Assembly: GCA_963758515.1 (NCBI GenBank)
Contig: CAVWVO010000001.1
Location: forward strand, 529,110-593,109
Direction: 5' to 3'
DNA from: an uncultured Actinomycetota bacterium
Lineage (GTDB): Bacteria > Actinomycetota > Acidimicrobiia > Acidimicrobiales > Bog-793
DNA: 64,000 bases
Of this stretch, positions 50,985 through 60,498 are shown in pieces (the first letter of the stretch is position 1; every line of letters starts with the position of its first letter). Made by a program: the position numbers and the translations under genes. The notes under the pieces are model-generated. The model saw only the letters and a program-made list of their open reading frames with translations, did not search any database and was not told the origin of the DNA.

Positions 50985-52311
50985 TCATCCGGTAGCTGCA
51001 CCAAGGCGGCTTCGTTTCGCCCACTGCCAGCCGAGGAGCACCGAGCGCCCCGACAGCCAGCACGCGAGCGCCAGCCAGACGGCCACGATCCCGAGGCTGT
51101 GGTGGAGGGCGACGGCGGCACCGAGTGGCACGAAGGCCAGCAACGCCACGACCATCGCCCGTTGCAGTGTCTTGTAGTCGGCTGCCCCGAGCAGCAGCCC
51201 GTCAAGCACGAAGGCGAGCGGCGGCGATTGGCTGCATGGCGCCGCAGACAACGAGCGCTCTCGTGGCAGCGGCGTGCACCGAGGGGTCCGCCGAGAAGAC
51301 ACTTGGAAGGATCCAGGCGAGGGCGACGGTGAGAGCGCCCACGACCGCCCCGGCGAGCAGGCCGAAGGCGAGCGTCCGTCGTCCGACCTCCCTTGCCGCC
51401 GACGGCTCGCCCCGTCCGAGCGCCTCGCCGACGAACACCTGGGCCGGGACGGCGAGGGAGTCGAGCCCAAGGGCAAGCGTGGTCCAGATCTGGAGGGCGA
51501 TCTGGTGGCCGGCGAGCACGGACGTGCCGAGCCTGGCGGCGAGGGCCGTAGAGGCGAGAAGCACGACGCCGAGGGCGATCGTGCGGACACTCAGGCGGAC
51601 GCCGTCTATCACGAGCCGTTGCACCTCGGCGCGACGGGGGCGGGCGGGCCGGATGGTCGCACGGCGGGCGACGGCGGCGAACAGCCCGGCCGAGACGACC
51701 TGAGCGGCCACCGTTCCCCATGCCGACCCCGCAATGCCGAGGCGGGCGCCGTAGACGAGGGTGATCTCGAGGATCACGTTGGCGGCGTTGGCGACGAGCG
51801 CGATGAGAAACGGCCTCTTCGTGTCGGCGAGGCCGGTCAGGTGCCCATTGCCGGCGAGCGAGATGAGGAGCGGGACGAGCCCGACAGCCGAGATACGGAG
51901 GTAGAGCACCGCCTCGCGGCCGGTCGGCCCGCGACCGCCGATCAAGGCCGTCACGTAGGGGGCGAGCAGTGCAACGGCCGCCGCCGTTGCGAGTCCCACG
52001 ACGACCGACAAGCCGTAGGCGGCCCCAGCCGCCCTCGCCGCGCCGGCTTCGTCGCCGGCACCACGGCGGTATGCCACCATCGAGACCGTCGCCATCTCGA
52101 CGAAGGCCGCCACCCAGCCGACGATGTTGAGAGCCCCGCCCGCGACGGCAAGGGCGCCGAGAGGGGTCCGTCCGAGGTGGCCGACGATCGCCGAATCGGT
52201 CAAGTTGTAGATCGGCTCGACCAACAGCGTCCCGAGCGCCGGGAGGGCGAGAGCCACGATGCGCCGGTCGAGGGCATCGAAGCGGGTCAGGCAGCGTGCC
52301 CGAGAAGCCAT
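50985..52311 (-). pseudogene. MATE-family efflux transporter (DinF-like), single 1-nt insertion at about 51219
   Basis: ...ALALPALGTLLVEPIYNLTDSAIVGHLG... continues through 10 or more helices in one frame. The last helices (LAFVLDGLLLGAADYKTLQRAMVV...) are in the next frame. Removing one base in gccgccGctcgcc restores continuity. Confidence 0.8.
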
Positions 52312-52436
52312 CGAGGCCCTTTTTAACGGCGGGCGCCGGCGGCTGCCGACCGAGAGACGGTGCAGCGAGCTGTGGCGGGCCTCCTAGGCCGCGCGCCGCG
52401 CGCCGCTCGTCCGTACCGAACTGGGAGAATGGACCG

Positions 52437-53207
52437 ATGTCGTGGACCGCGCCCGCCTACCGAGCCTACGAGCACCGCCTGGTGAAGGCGCTTCCCCCCG
52501 ATCAGAGGCCGGCCCACATCGGCGTGATCCTCGACGGCCATCGCCGCTTCGCCCGCGCAGAGGGGCTCGAGGACTACACCTCGAGCTACCAGAGCGGGAT
52601 GGCCAAGCTGAGGGAGTTCCTCGGCTGGTGCCGCCAGCTGCAGCTTCCGGCAGTCACCGCCTGGGTCCTCTCGACCGACAATCTCCGCCGGCCGTCGGGG
52701 GAGCTCGAACCGTACTTCGACGTCCTCGTCGGGCTGCTGGACGACCTGCCACGGCTGGCCGTTCGCCTCGACTGCTCCGTGCGGGTCATAGGCAGCCTCG
52801 ACCTCCTTCCTGCCGACCTCGCCGCGACGGCCAAGCAGGCAGAAGATGACAGCCCCGCCGGCAGCTGGCACTTCAACCTCGCCCTCGGTTACGGCGGCCG
52901 GCAGGAGATCGTCGATGCCTGCCGCTCACTTGTCGCCGATCTCGTCGGCGAGGGTGTCCCGCCGGCCTCCCTCGCCGAGAGGATCGACGCAGCGGCGCTC
53001 GCCTCCCACCTCTACACCGCCGACCTCCCCGACCCCGACCTGCTCATCCGCACAAGCGGCGAAGCCCGCCTCTCCGGCTTCCTGCTGTGGCAGTCGGCCT
53101 ATGCAGAGTGCGCCTTCGTCGACCCGTACTGGCCGGCGTTCCGCCGGGTCGACTTCCTCCGCGCCCTTAGGGACTTCGCCCGCCGCGAGCGCCGCTTCGG
53201 TCAGTGA
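52437..53207 (+). CDS. uppS: isoprenyl transferase (cis-prenyl diphosphate synthase, resembling the short-chain Z-prenyl synthase Rv1086)
   Basis: HIGVILDGHRRFA..., ..LSTDNLRRP.., ..ALGYGGRQEIVDA.., and DLLIRTSGEARLSGFLLWQSAYAE...WPAFRRVDFLRALRDFARRERRFG are present. Confidence 0.85.
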   Translation: MSWTAPAYRAYEHRLVKALPPDQRPAHIGVILDGHRRFARAEGLEDYTSSYQSGMAKLREFLGWCRQLQLPAVTAWVLSTDNLRRPSGELEPYFDVLVGLLDDLPRLAVRLDCSVRVIGSLDLLPADLAATAKQAEDDSPAGSWHFNLALGYGGRQEIVDACRSLVADLVGEGVPPASLAERIDAAALASHLYTADLPDPDLLIRTSGEARLSGFLLWQSAYAECAFVDPYWPAFRRVDFLRALRDFARRERRFGQ

Positions 53208-53224
53208 TGGCGCGGCCTGCTCTC

Positions 53225-53773
53225 TCAGGCCTCGTGCGGCCGGGCATCGGCGCCGAGAGCCCGGAACCGGCCGCGGTAGTAGGCGAGAGGGGATTCCCCC
53301 GGCCCTAGCTCGATCGCCTCGATGGAGCCGGTGACGAGTTCCCCGTAGCCGACGCTCCGGGCGCCGTTGAAGCGACACGAGATGACGGTGCCGGGGCCGG
53401 CGATGACGGGGCCGTACGGCGTGTCGGTCACCTCGAGGCCTTCATAGGGGTCGGCCGGATACCGTCCTGCAAATGCCGCCGCCAGCCGGCGGTCGCCCTC
53501 GCGAAGGACATGGACGACAAAGCCGCCACCGTCCCCGAGCAGGCGGCGAAGGTCAGAGAGCGGGTCCAGGAGACCGAGGATCTCGGGCGGCTCACCCTCT
53601 GCCACGAGCGCCGACGACACCGTGAGGCCCGCCCTGTCCGGCGGAGCCCCCGCCGTCCACACCGTCACCGGAGCAACGAGGCGTCCGCGGAGCCGCCTGT
53701 CGGCGCGCCTGTCCGCCACCGGAGGGAGGAACGGGTCCTCGAAGCCGAATGCGACACGTGGCTCTTCGCTCAC
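53225..53773 (-). CDS. flavin reductase-like domain protein
   Basis: From the GTG at 53773: ...VAPVTVWTAG...GLTVSSALVAEGEPPEILGLL...FVVHVL... is typical of the flavin reductase (FMN-binding split barrel) family. Confidence 0.65.
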   Translation of the reverse strand: MSEEPRVAFGFEDPFLPPVADRRADRRLRGRLVAPVTVWTAGAPPDRAGLTVSSALVAEGEPPEILGLLDPLSDLRRLLGDGGGFVVHVLREGDRRLAAAFAGRYPADPYEGLEVTDTPYGPVIAGPGTVISCRFNGARSVGYGELVTGSIEAIELGPGESPLAYYRGRFRALGADARPHEA

Positions 53774-53924
53774 GGGGCCGTTTCTAGCGGTTTCAGAGCG
53801 GTGCCCCTTGCCGGTGGTGACGATCCGGCACAATCGGGGGAAGTGAGAAAGGTGAGACGCGCCGCGCCCCCGACCGGCTGCCGAGACGGACCGGGCCGGC
53901 AAGACCGGCGCCGGCCCGGCTGTC

Positions 53925-56351
53925 GTGGCTGCCGAGCCGCGTCCGATGCTCCCCGAGCAACGTGCGCGCCGGGCCCCGGCCGCGCCGGCGGAGGCGGCGG
54001 TCCGCGTGAGACGGCCGGCCGATCTCCTCTGGGTGATCGGCGCCGTCATAGCCATCGCCTTTCTCATTGGAGTCGCTCATACCCTCCCTACCGGCACAAG
54101 AGAGCTCACCGCCAACGTCACGAGGATCACCAGCCACCTTCCCCGTCTCCTCGTCGTGGCTCTTGCCGCCCTGGCGGCGCTCGGGACCATCGTCCTCATC
54201 GTGCTCATGGCGGTCATGCTCGCCAGGCGGCGACGCCTCGACGGCGTCAACGCCGCCGTCGCCGGCATCGCCGCCTCCCTTATCGGGATCGGCGCCGTCA
54301 CCGGCTGGCACGCATGGCACGGAGGGATAGCGGCTGCACTCCTCGACGGCACGGATGGCTCCACGCTCGTGCGCGACATGGCGATCGTGGCCCTCATCAC
54401 CGGGTCCGACACATCCCACCAGCGACCGTGGGGCCGCAACTTCGGCATCGCCGTCGGGGCGCTCATCGTCACGGGGGTGGCCCTCGGCGAGCTGACGCTA
54501 TTCGGCGCCGTCGTATCGGCCTTGGGCGGCTTCGCGATCGGTCTTCTCACGAGGTGGTCACTGCACACGACGGTCCGACGGCCGAGCGTCGCCGCCCTCG
54601 TCCGAGGCCTTCGTAATGCCGGGATAGAAGTCGACAAGCTCGACCGGCCGGCAGCCGAAAGCCGTGAGCTCTGTGGAGCCCTCGCCGACGGCACTCCGAT
54701 CATCCTCAAGGCCGCAGGACGCGAGACACGCGGCACGGGCGTCGTGAGAAGACTGTGGTCGAGCCTGCGGCTGCCCGGCTCGACGACGGGCCGGCAGCCT
54801 CTCAGCCTGCGCGCAGCCCTCGAGACCGAGGCGCTCGCGAGCCTCATGGCCTCGACGACGCGGGTCCTCGTGCCCCGCCTCTTCCTGCTCGCGCACTTCG
54901 AGCCGGACACCCTCGTGCTCGCCCGCGAGCGCCTTGACGGTCCTCCGCTCGGATCGAACGCGACCGGCGAGCACGCCCGCGAGCTCTTCAGCTCTCTCTA
55001 CCGTCTGCACGCGCTCGGCATCGCCCACCGGGACCTACGAAGCGAGAATCTCCTCTGCTGCCCTGCCGGCGGCTGGCCGGGAGACCGCGGCGGCGCCGTC
55101 CCGCCGGCTCAGGGGAGCGGGCCGATCGCCGGCTTTCGCTCACTCGAGCGGGCTGTCGTCGGCGCAGCCGAGCTCGTCCGGCGTCTCGACCTCGCCCAAC
55201 TGCTGACGTCGGTGGCGCAAGCGCTCGGCCCGCCACAGGCGGTCGCGGCGATGCGGGCCGGCTACGAGTCGGTCGACGAGGAGGCAGTGGCGGCGATACT
55301 GCAGCCGATCGCCCTCAGCAGCTGGGGGTGGCCTGCGATGCGGGCGGCCCGGGGCTGTCTCAACGAGGTGCGCCGCGAGCTGCTCGGCGACCGGACAGTG
55401 CAGGCAGCTGAGCCGAGGCTCGAGCGCTTCCGCTGGCGGGCACTTGTCGGCGTGGCCGCAATCACCTTCGCCGCCTACGTGCTTTTCGGCCAGCTGTCCA
55501 AGGTGAACCTCGTGTCGGCTCTCTCCCATGCCAACCTGGGCTGGTTCGGCGTCGCCCTCGTCGGATCGGCGCTCACCTACGTGGGGTCGAGCCTCAATCT
55601 CGTAGCTTTCGTGCCGCAGCGCGTCTCGGTCGTGCGGGGCGCCCTCGTGGAGCTTTCCGGCGCCTTCATCGGCCTCGTCACACCGCCCACCGTCGGCCAT
55701 CTTGCCGTCAACGCCCGATACCTGAGCCGCCAGGGCGTCGACGCCGTCACGACCGGGACGGCAGTCGCCCTCTCGCAGCTCGTCAACTTCCTCACCACGA
55801 TCACGCTGCTCGTCGTGACCGCCCTTCTCACCGGGACCGGAGCAAAGCACCTGAAGATCGTCCCCGGCCCACGGCTCCTCGCCGTCCTCGGCGGTCTCGT
55901 CGTTCTCCTCGTCGTCCTCCTCACTGTCGTGCGGCCTTCACGGGACCTGTTCCTGAAGCGGGTGTGGCCGAGACTGCGCAGTGTCTGGCCACAACTTCTC
56001 GAGGTGGTCTCCCAACCGATACGCCTCGTCGAGGGCGTGGGCGGGAACCTGCTTCTAACCGGGAGCTACGTCGTCGCCCTCATCGCCTCGCTCCACGCAG
56101 TCGGAGCCCATCCGCCGATCATCGCGACGGCAGCCGTCTACATGGCCGGGAACGCAGTCGGTTCGGCCGCCCCGACGCCTGGTGGAATCGGCGCCATCGA
56201 AGCAGTGATGACAGCCGGACTGACAGCGATCGGGGTCCCGGCCCACGAGGCCGTCCCGGGTGTGCTCATCTTCCGGGTAGCCACCTTCTACCTGCCGATC
56301 CTGCCCGGGTGGGGGCTGTCATTGCTGCTCACCCGCCGAGGGATCCTCTGA
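53925..56351 (+). CDS. large membrane protein: N-terminal TM bundle, central kinase-like domain, C-terminal flippase-like (UPF0104 / LPG-synthase TM) domain
   Basis: Intact 808-aa ORF. The central LHALGIAHRDLRSENLL resembles a protein/lipid kinase catalytic loop. The C-terminal 8 or so helices end ...GSAAPTPGGIGAIEAVMTAGL..., characteristic of the flippase-like/TIGR00374 family. Confidence 0.7.
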   Translation: MAAEPRPMLPEQRARRAPAAPAEAAVRVRRPADLLWVIGAVIAIAFLIGVAHTLPTGTRELTANVTRITSHLPRLLVVALAALAALGTIVLIVLMAVMLARRRRLDGVNAAVAGIAASLIGIGAVTGWHAWHGGIAAALLDGTDGSTLVRDMAIVALITGSDTSHQRPWGRNFGIAVGALIVTGVALGELTLFGAVVSALGGFAIGLLTRWSLHTTVRRPSVAALVRGLRNAGIEVDKLDRPAAESRELCGALADGTPIILKAAGRETRGTGVVRRLWSSLRLPGSTTGRQPLSLRAALETEALASLMASTTRVLVPRLFLLAHFEPDTLVLARERLDGPPLGSNATGEHARELFSSLYRLHALGIAHRDLRSENLLCCPAGGWPGDRGGAVPPAQGSGPIAGFRSLERAVVGAAELVRRLDLAQLLTSVAQALGPPQAVAAMRAGYESVDEEAVAAILQPIALSSWGWPAMRAARGCLNEVRRELLGDRTVQAAEPRLERFRWRALVGVAAITFAAYVLFGQLSKVNLVSALSHANLGWFGVALVGSALTYVGSSLNLVAFVPQRVSVVRGALVELSGAFIGLVTPPTVGHLAVNARYLSRQGVDAVTTGTAVALSQLVNFLTTITLLVVTALLTGTGAKHLKIVPGPRLLAVLGGLVVLLVVLLTVVRPSRDLFLKRVWPRLRSVWPQLLEVVSQPIRLVEGVGGNLLLTGSYVVALIASLHAVGAHPPIIATAAVYMAGNAVGSAAPTPGGIGAIEAVMTAGLTAIGVPAHEAVPGVLIFRVATFYLPILPGWGLSLLLTRRGIL

Positions 56352-56559
56352 GTCGAGGCTGTCCTCGAGCTCTCGAGCCCGTTCCACCGACGGCGCTGGA
56401 AGGGCCGCCGGCGAATGACGAATGCCGGCTCCGGCTATGGTTGGGGTACGGCGGCACGTTCTGTGCCCAGCCGTTGCCGGTCATTTTCCGGCTGAGGTCC
56501 CGTTTCGAGTCCAGTTCGAGCCGGCACCTGTCGACCCGAAACGGAGACACAAGACATCA

Positions 56560-57796
56560 ATGGAACACACCTTCTCGTCGCTCGGCGTGCCGGCGCACCT
56601 GGTCGAACGCCTCGCACGGCGCGGAGTCATCACACCAACCCCGATCCAGGCTGCCACCCTCTCGGACGCCCTCGCCGGGCGTGACGTCTGCGGACGGGCG
56701 CCGACCGGAACGGGCAAGACGATCGCTTTCGGCCTGCCGCTCGTGCTCCGGGCAGCCCGGCCGACCGGCCAGAAGGGCCCCCGCGGCCTCGTCCTCGTGC
56801 CGACCCGTGAACTGGCGCTTGCAGGTGCACCACGACCTCGTCGCCCTCGAGCCTTCGGCGAAGGACCGCGTCACCTCCATCTACGGAGGCGTCGGATACG
56901 GTCCGCAGCGACAAGCCCTTCGCCGCGGGGCGGCGATCGTCGTCGCCTGCCCGGGACGCCTCGAGGACCTGATGGAGCGGGGCGATCTTCGCCTCGGCGC
57001 CGTCACGACCGTCGTGGTGGACGAGGCGGACCGGATGGCCGACATGGGTTTCTTGCCGGCCGTCCGCCGGATCCTGGCGGCGTGCGCAACCGAACGCCAG
57101 ACGATGTTGTTCTCCGCCACCCTCGACCCGGCTGTGAGCGCCATCGTGAAGAGCTACATGACCGATCCGGTCATCCACGAGGTGGCGGCGCCGGAGGACA
57201 CGCTGTCCGACGTCGAGCACGTCTTTCGTTCGACCGGGCGTGCAGAGAGAACCGAGGTCACCGCCCGCCTCGTCGCCGAGCACGGGCGGGCCATCGTCTT
57301 CTGCCGCACCCGGCACGGGGCTGACCGCCTCGCCCGCCAGCTCGGCATGGCCGGCGTCGTGGCGGCACCCCTCCACGGCAACAGGAGCCAGGCACAGCGC
57401 GAGCGGGCGTTGCAGGCTTTCGGAGCGGGCCGCGTGAAGGCTCTCGTCGCGACCGACGTTGCCGCAAGGGGGATCCACGTGGCAGACGTCTCCTGTGTGG
57501 TCCACTTCGATCCGGCTGGGAGCCCGACCGACTACGTGCACCGCTCCGGGCGCACGGGCCGTGCCGGTGCCACCGGCACAGTCGTCTCGCTCGTGCTACC
57601 CGAGCAGGAAAAGGAAGCAGCCGCCCTCAAGCGGGCGCTCGGCTTCGAGACGGGCAAGACGCCGCGACGGGCGGACGTGGTGCGCCGTCTGCATCGCGTG
57701 GTGCGCCGTCTGCATCGCGTGGTGCGCCGTCTGCATCGCGTGGTGCGAGGCCGCGGTCATTCGGCCTCCAATCGGGCAGGAACGGGCAACGGCTGA
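56560..57796 (+). pseudogene. DEAD-box ATP-dependent RNA helicase, single 1-nt insertion at about 56821; C-terminal heptad tandem repeat
   Basis: FSSLGVPAHLVERLARRGVITPTPIQ (Q-motif) and APTGTGKT are in one frame. PTRELALQV..., VVDEADRM, SAT, ..HGNRSQAQR.., and HRSGRTGRAG are in the next. Removing g56821 gives PTRELALQV. Confidence 0.85.
57677..57747 (+). repeat. perfect 21-bp tandem repeat gtggtgcgccgtctgcatcgc x3 plus a partial 4th copy
   Basis: Copies at 57677-57697, 57698-57718 and 57719-57739 are identical, and the next 8 nt match. They encode (VVRRLHR)x3 in the helicase tail. Confidence 0.95.
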
Positions 57797-58086
57797 ACCG
57801 GCCGGCGGCCGGACGCGGACGTCCACAGGGACGAGCCCTCCGCCCCCGCTGAGGACCCGCACCGCGTCAACGGCTTCTTCGAGCATCCGCCTTGACAGCT
57901 TGCGGTGCTGTATCCGATGTGGTTACGGGCTTGGGAGCTCTCCTGGAGGAGATGACGACGCCGTCGGTCGCCCAGCCCTGGAGGCGGCCTTCCGGACGAC
58001 GACGGAGACTGGGAAGGCAATGCCAGCGTGCCCGATCGGCGTTCGGGAGGGCTTGCGAGCTGCCCTTGCCATTCGCAGGCGCAGCA

Positions 58087-58740
58087 CTAGCTGCTTCGGG
58101 GGCTCGAGCCGGCGGGGGGTCGGAGAGCGTCACAGACGAGCCCGACCATGCGGACCGCGGGCGGGGCGCCCTGATGGTCCGAACCCATGCATGCGCTCCC
58201 GACGAGTGCGAAGACCTCGTCTATCGAGACGTCGCTCCGGACCGAACCGCACTTCTGGGCCCGCTCGAGGAGGGAGCCGACGGCCGCTTTGAGGTCGCCA
58301 AACGCCTCTTCGGCGACCGCCTTCACGTCGACCCCGGCGTTGGCGAGGGCCTCGGTCAGATCGCGCTTCGTCATCGCCTCGGAAGCGATCCGGCCGAGAA
58401 AGTCGAAGAAGGCCGCCCCCGGCTGCACCCCAGCCGCCTCGCAGCGGGCGAGAGCGGCGAGAGCGGCGACGTGGCGCACGACGATCGCCTCGTAGAGCGC
58501 CTCCTTGGTCGGGAAATGCCGGTAGACGGTTCCGACGCCGACGCCGGCATCCCGGGCGATCACGTCGATGGGCACGGCGAGCCCCTGCTTGGCGAAGACC
58601 GCCTCGGCCGACTGGAGCACCCGCTCCCGGTTCCGGCGGGCGTCGGCTCGTAGGTTCGGTCGGTCCTCGAGGCACGAAGGGGCGCAGGCTGGAGCCGTCT
58701 CAGCCTGCGGGAGACCCTCTGGTTCCGCCATCGTCAACAT
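58087..58740 (-). CDS. TetR/AcrR-family transcriptional regulator
   Basis: RRNRERVLQSAEAVFAKQGLAVPIDVIARDAGVGVGTVYRHFPTKEAL is the TetR HTH signature. It is divergent from the MFS gene. Candidate ATGs are at 58740 and 58731. Confidence 0.8.
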   Translation of the reverse strand: MLTMAEPEGLPQAETAPACAPSCLEDRPNLRADARRNRERVLQSAEAVFAKQGLAVPIDVIARDAGVGVGTVYRHFPTKEALYEAIVVRHVAALAALARCEAAGVQPGAAFFDFLGRIASEAMTKRDLTEALANAGVDVKAVAEEAFGDLKAAVGSLLERAQKCGSVRSDVSIDEVFALVGSACMGSDHQGAPPAVRMVGLVCDALRPPAGSSPRSS

Positions 58741-58764
58741 CCTCGCGCAAAGGAGCGGGTAGGG

Positions 58765-58794
58765 TTGACAAGCGGAACGCACGTTCCGTATAGT
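58765..58794 (+). promoter_or_regulatory. near-consensus sigma-70-type promoter with an embedded palindromic operator (putative TetR site)
   Basis: TTGACA (58765-58770) and TATAGT (58789-58794) are separated by 18 nt. The spacer contains the perfect inverted repeat CGGAACG-CA-CGTTCCG (58773-58788). A further half-site GCGGAAC lies at 58799-58805. The MFS ATG is at 58839. Confidence 0.5.
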
Positions 58795-58838
58795 TCAAGC
58801 GGAACCACGACTCCGATTGTACCTCTGAAGGAGCAGCT

Positions 58839-60365
58839 ATGAGCTCAACATCGCACACCCTCGTGCCTGAACCGCTCCGGGTCTCGACCGGAGCCGGGAC
58901 GCCGGGACGTGAGGCGCTCGCGCCGGACGGGCATGATCCTCGACGATTCAGGGCGCTTGCGGTCATCGCCACCGCCCAGCTCATGATCGTCCTCGACGCC
59001 TCGGTCGTCACGATCGCGCTCCCGTCCGCCCAGCGGGCGCTTCACATCTCGGTGGCGAACAGACAGTGGGTGATCACCGCGTACACCCTCGCCTTCGGCG
59101 GCCTCCTCCTTCTCGGCGGCCGTATCGCCGACTTCCTCGGGCGGAAGCGGGTCTTCGTCATCAGCCTCCTCGGCTTCGCCGGCGCCTCCGCCCTCGGCGG
59201 CCTGGCACAGGACTCGGCGATGCTCTTCGCCGCCCGCGCCCTACAGGGCGCCTTTGCTGCGCTGATGGCGCCGGCGTCGCTCTCGCTGCTCACCGTCACC
59301 TTCACCGAGGCGAAGGAGCGGGCGCGGGCATTCGGTGTCTACGGCGCCATCGCCGGCGGCGGTGCGGCCATAGGCCTCGTGATCGGGGGCGCCCTGACCG
59401 AGTACGCCTCATGGCGTTGGACGCTTCTCATCAACGTCCCCATCGCCATCGTGGCGGCCGTCTTCGCCGTCCGCGAGATCCGCGAGAGCAGGGTCGAGGG
59501 ACGCGCCCGGTACGACCTCCCCGGTGCCGCCACGGTGACCGCCGGGTTGCTCGCACTCGTCTACGGCTTCACCAAGGCCCAGACCGACGGCTGGAGCTCG
59601 AGTGTGACCCTGACACTTCTCGGCCTCGCCGTGATCCTGCTGACATCATTCGTGCTGCTGGAGCGGCGTTCCGCCCATCCGCTCCTGCCGCTGCGGGTGA
59701 TCCTCGACCGCAACCGCGGAGGATCGTTCCTTGCCTCGTTCCTCGTGGGGATCGCCTTGTTCGGCACTTTCCTCTTCCTCACCTACTACCTGCAGGGGAC
59801 GCTTCACTACTCGGCCCTAAAGAGCGGCTTTGCCTTCCTGCCCTTCTCGGCTGGGATCATCATCGCCGCCACCCTCGCCAGTCAGCTGCTTCCACGGATC
59901 GGCCCGCGCGCCCTCATCGCCACCGGTCTCGCGCTTGCCGCCGTCGGGCTCGCCTGGTTCACCCAGATCGGCGTGGACACGGCCTACGTGCTTCACGTGC
60001 TGCCGGCGGAGCTCGTCGTGAGCTTCGGCCTCGGTCTCGCCTTCGTGCCGTTCAGCAGCACGGCCCTCATCGGCGTCGGCGCTGACGATGCCGGCGTCGC
60101 GAGCGCCCTCGTCAACGCAACCCAGCAGGTAGGCGGTTCGCTCGGGACAGCCCTTCTCAACACTGTGGCCGCCTCGGCGGCGGCGAGCTACATCGCCGCC
60201 CATGCCGGACGGTTGTCCCTCGTCCAGACCGGTCTCGTGCACGGCTACACGGTTGCCTTCACGGTGAGCGGCGCACTGCTCGCCCTCGCCGTCTTCACCA
60301 CCCTTGCCCTCGTGAGGGCAAAGGGCCGTGACGTCGCGAGCCTGGAGCCTGCAGTCACCGGCTGA
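58839..60365 (+). CDS. MFS transporter, DHA2 (EmrB/QacA, 14-TMS) drug-efflux type
   Basis: Intact 508-aa ORF with ...LDASVVTIALPS..., ...LLLLGGRIADFLGRKRVF..., and about 14 hydrophobic segments. Confidence 0.85.
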   Translation: MSSTSHTLVPEPLRVSTGAGTPGREALAPDGHDPRRFRALAVIATAQLMIVLDASVVTIALPSAQRALHISVANRQWVITAYTLAFGGLLLLGGRIADFLGRKRVFVISLLGFAGASALGGLAQDSAMLFAARALQGAFAALMAPASLSLLTVTFTEAKERARAFGVYGAIAGGGAAIGLVIGGALTEYASWRWTLLINVPIAIVAAVFAVREIRESRVEGRARYDLPGAATVTAGLLALVYGFTKAQTDGWSSSVTLTLLGLAVILLTSFVLLERRSAHPLLPLRVILDRNRGGSFLASFLVGIALFGTFLFLTYYLQGTLHYSALKSGFAFLPFSAGIIIAATLASQLLPRIGPRALIATGLALAAVGLAWFTQIGVDTAYVLHVLPAELVVSFGLGLAFVPFSSTALIGVGADDAGVASALVNATQQVGGSLGTALLNTVAASAAASYIAAHAGRLSLVQTGLVHGYTVAFTVSGALLALAVFTTLALVRAKGRDVASLEPAVTG

Positions 60366-60498
60366 GGCGCCAGCGCCTCCGCCGGAGCGACGGCCTTCCA
60401 GCACCTCCCGACGTGGGGGCGGAGGTGGGCGTGATCGTGGGAGGACGGCTCCCCTCGGACGTCTCGTTGCCCTTAGAGGGCCGAGGTAGCCTCGTCTC

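Noticed and set aside
56490-56530. gtttcgagtcc / agttcgagcc strings resembling tRNA T-loops
   Set aside because: There are no flanking T-stem complements or upstream cloverleaf elements. The strings lie in the helicase 5' leader.
57677-57747. Cys-rich WCAVCIA x3 peptide (ORF 57459-58292) as a real product of the 21-bp repeat
   Set aside because: That ORF has no RBS or recognisable domains. The repeat lies in frame within the conserved helicase gene, where a basic tail is plausible.
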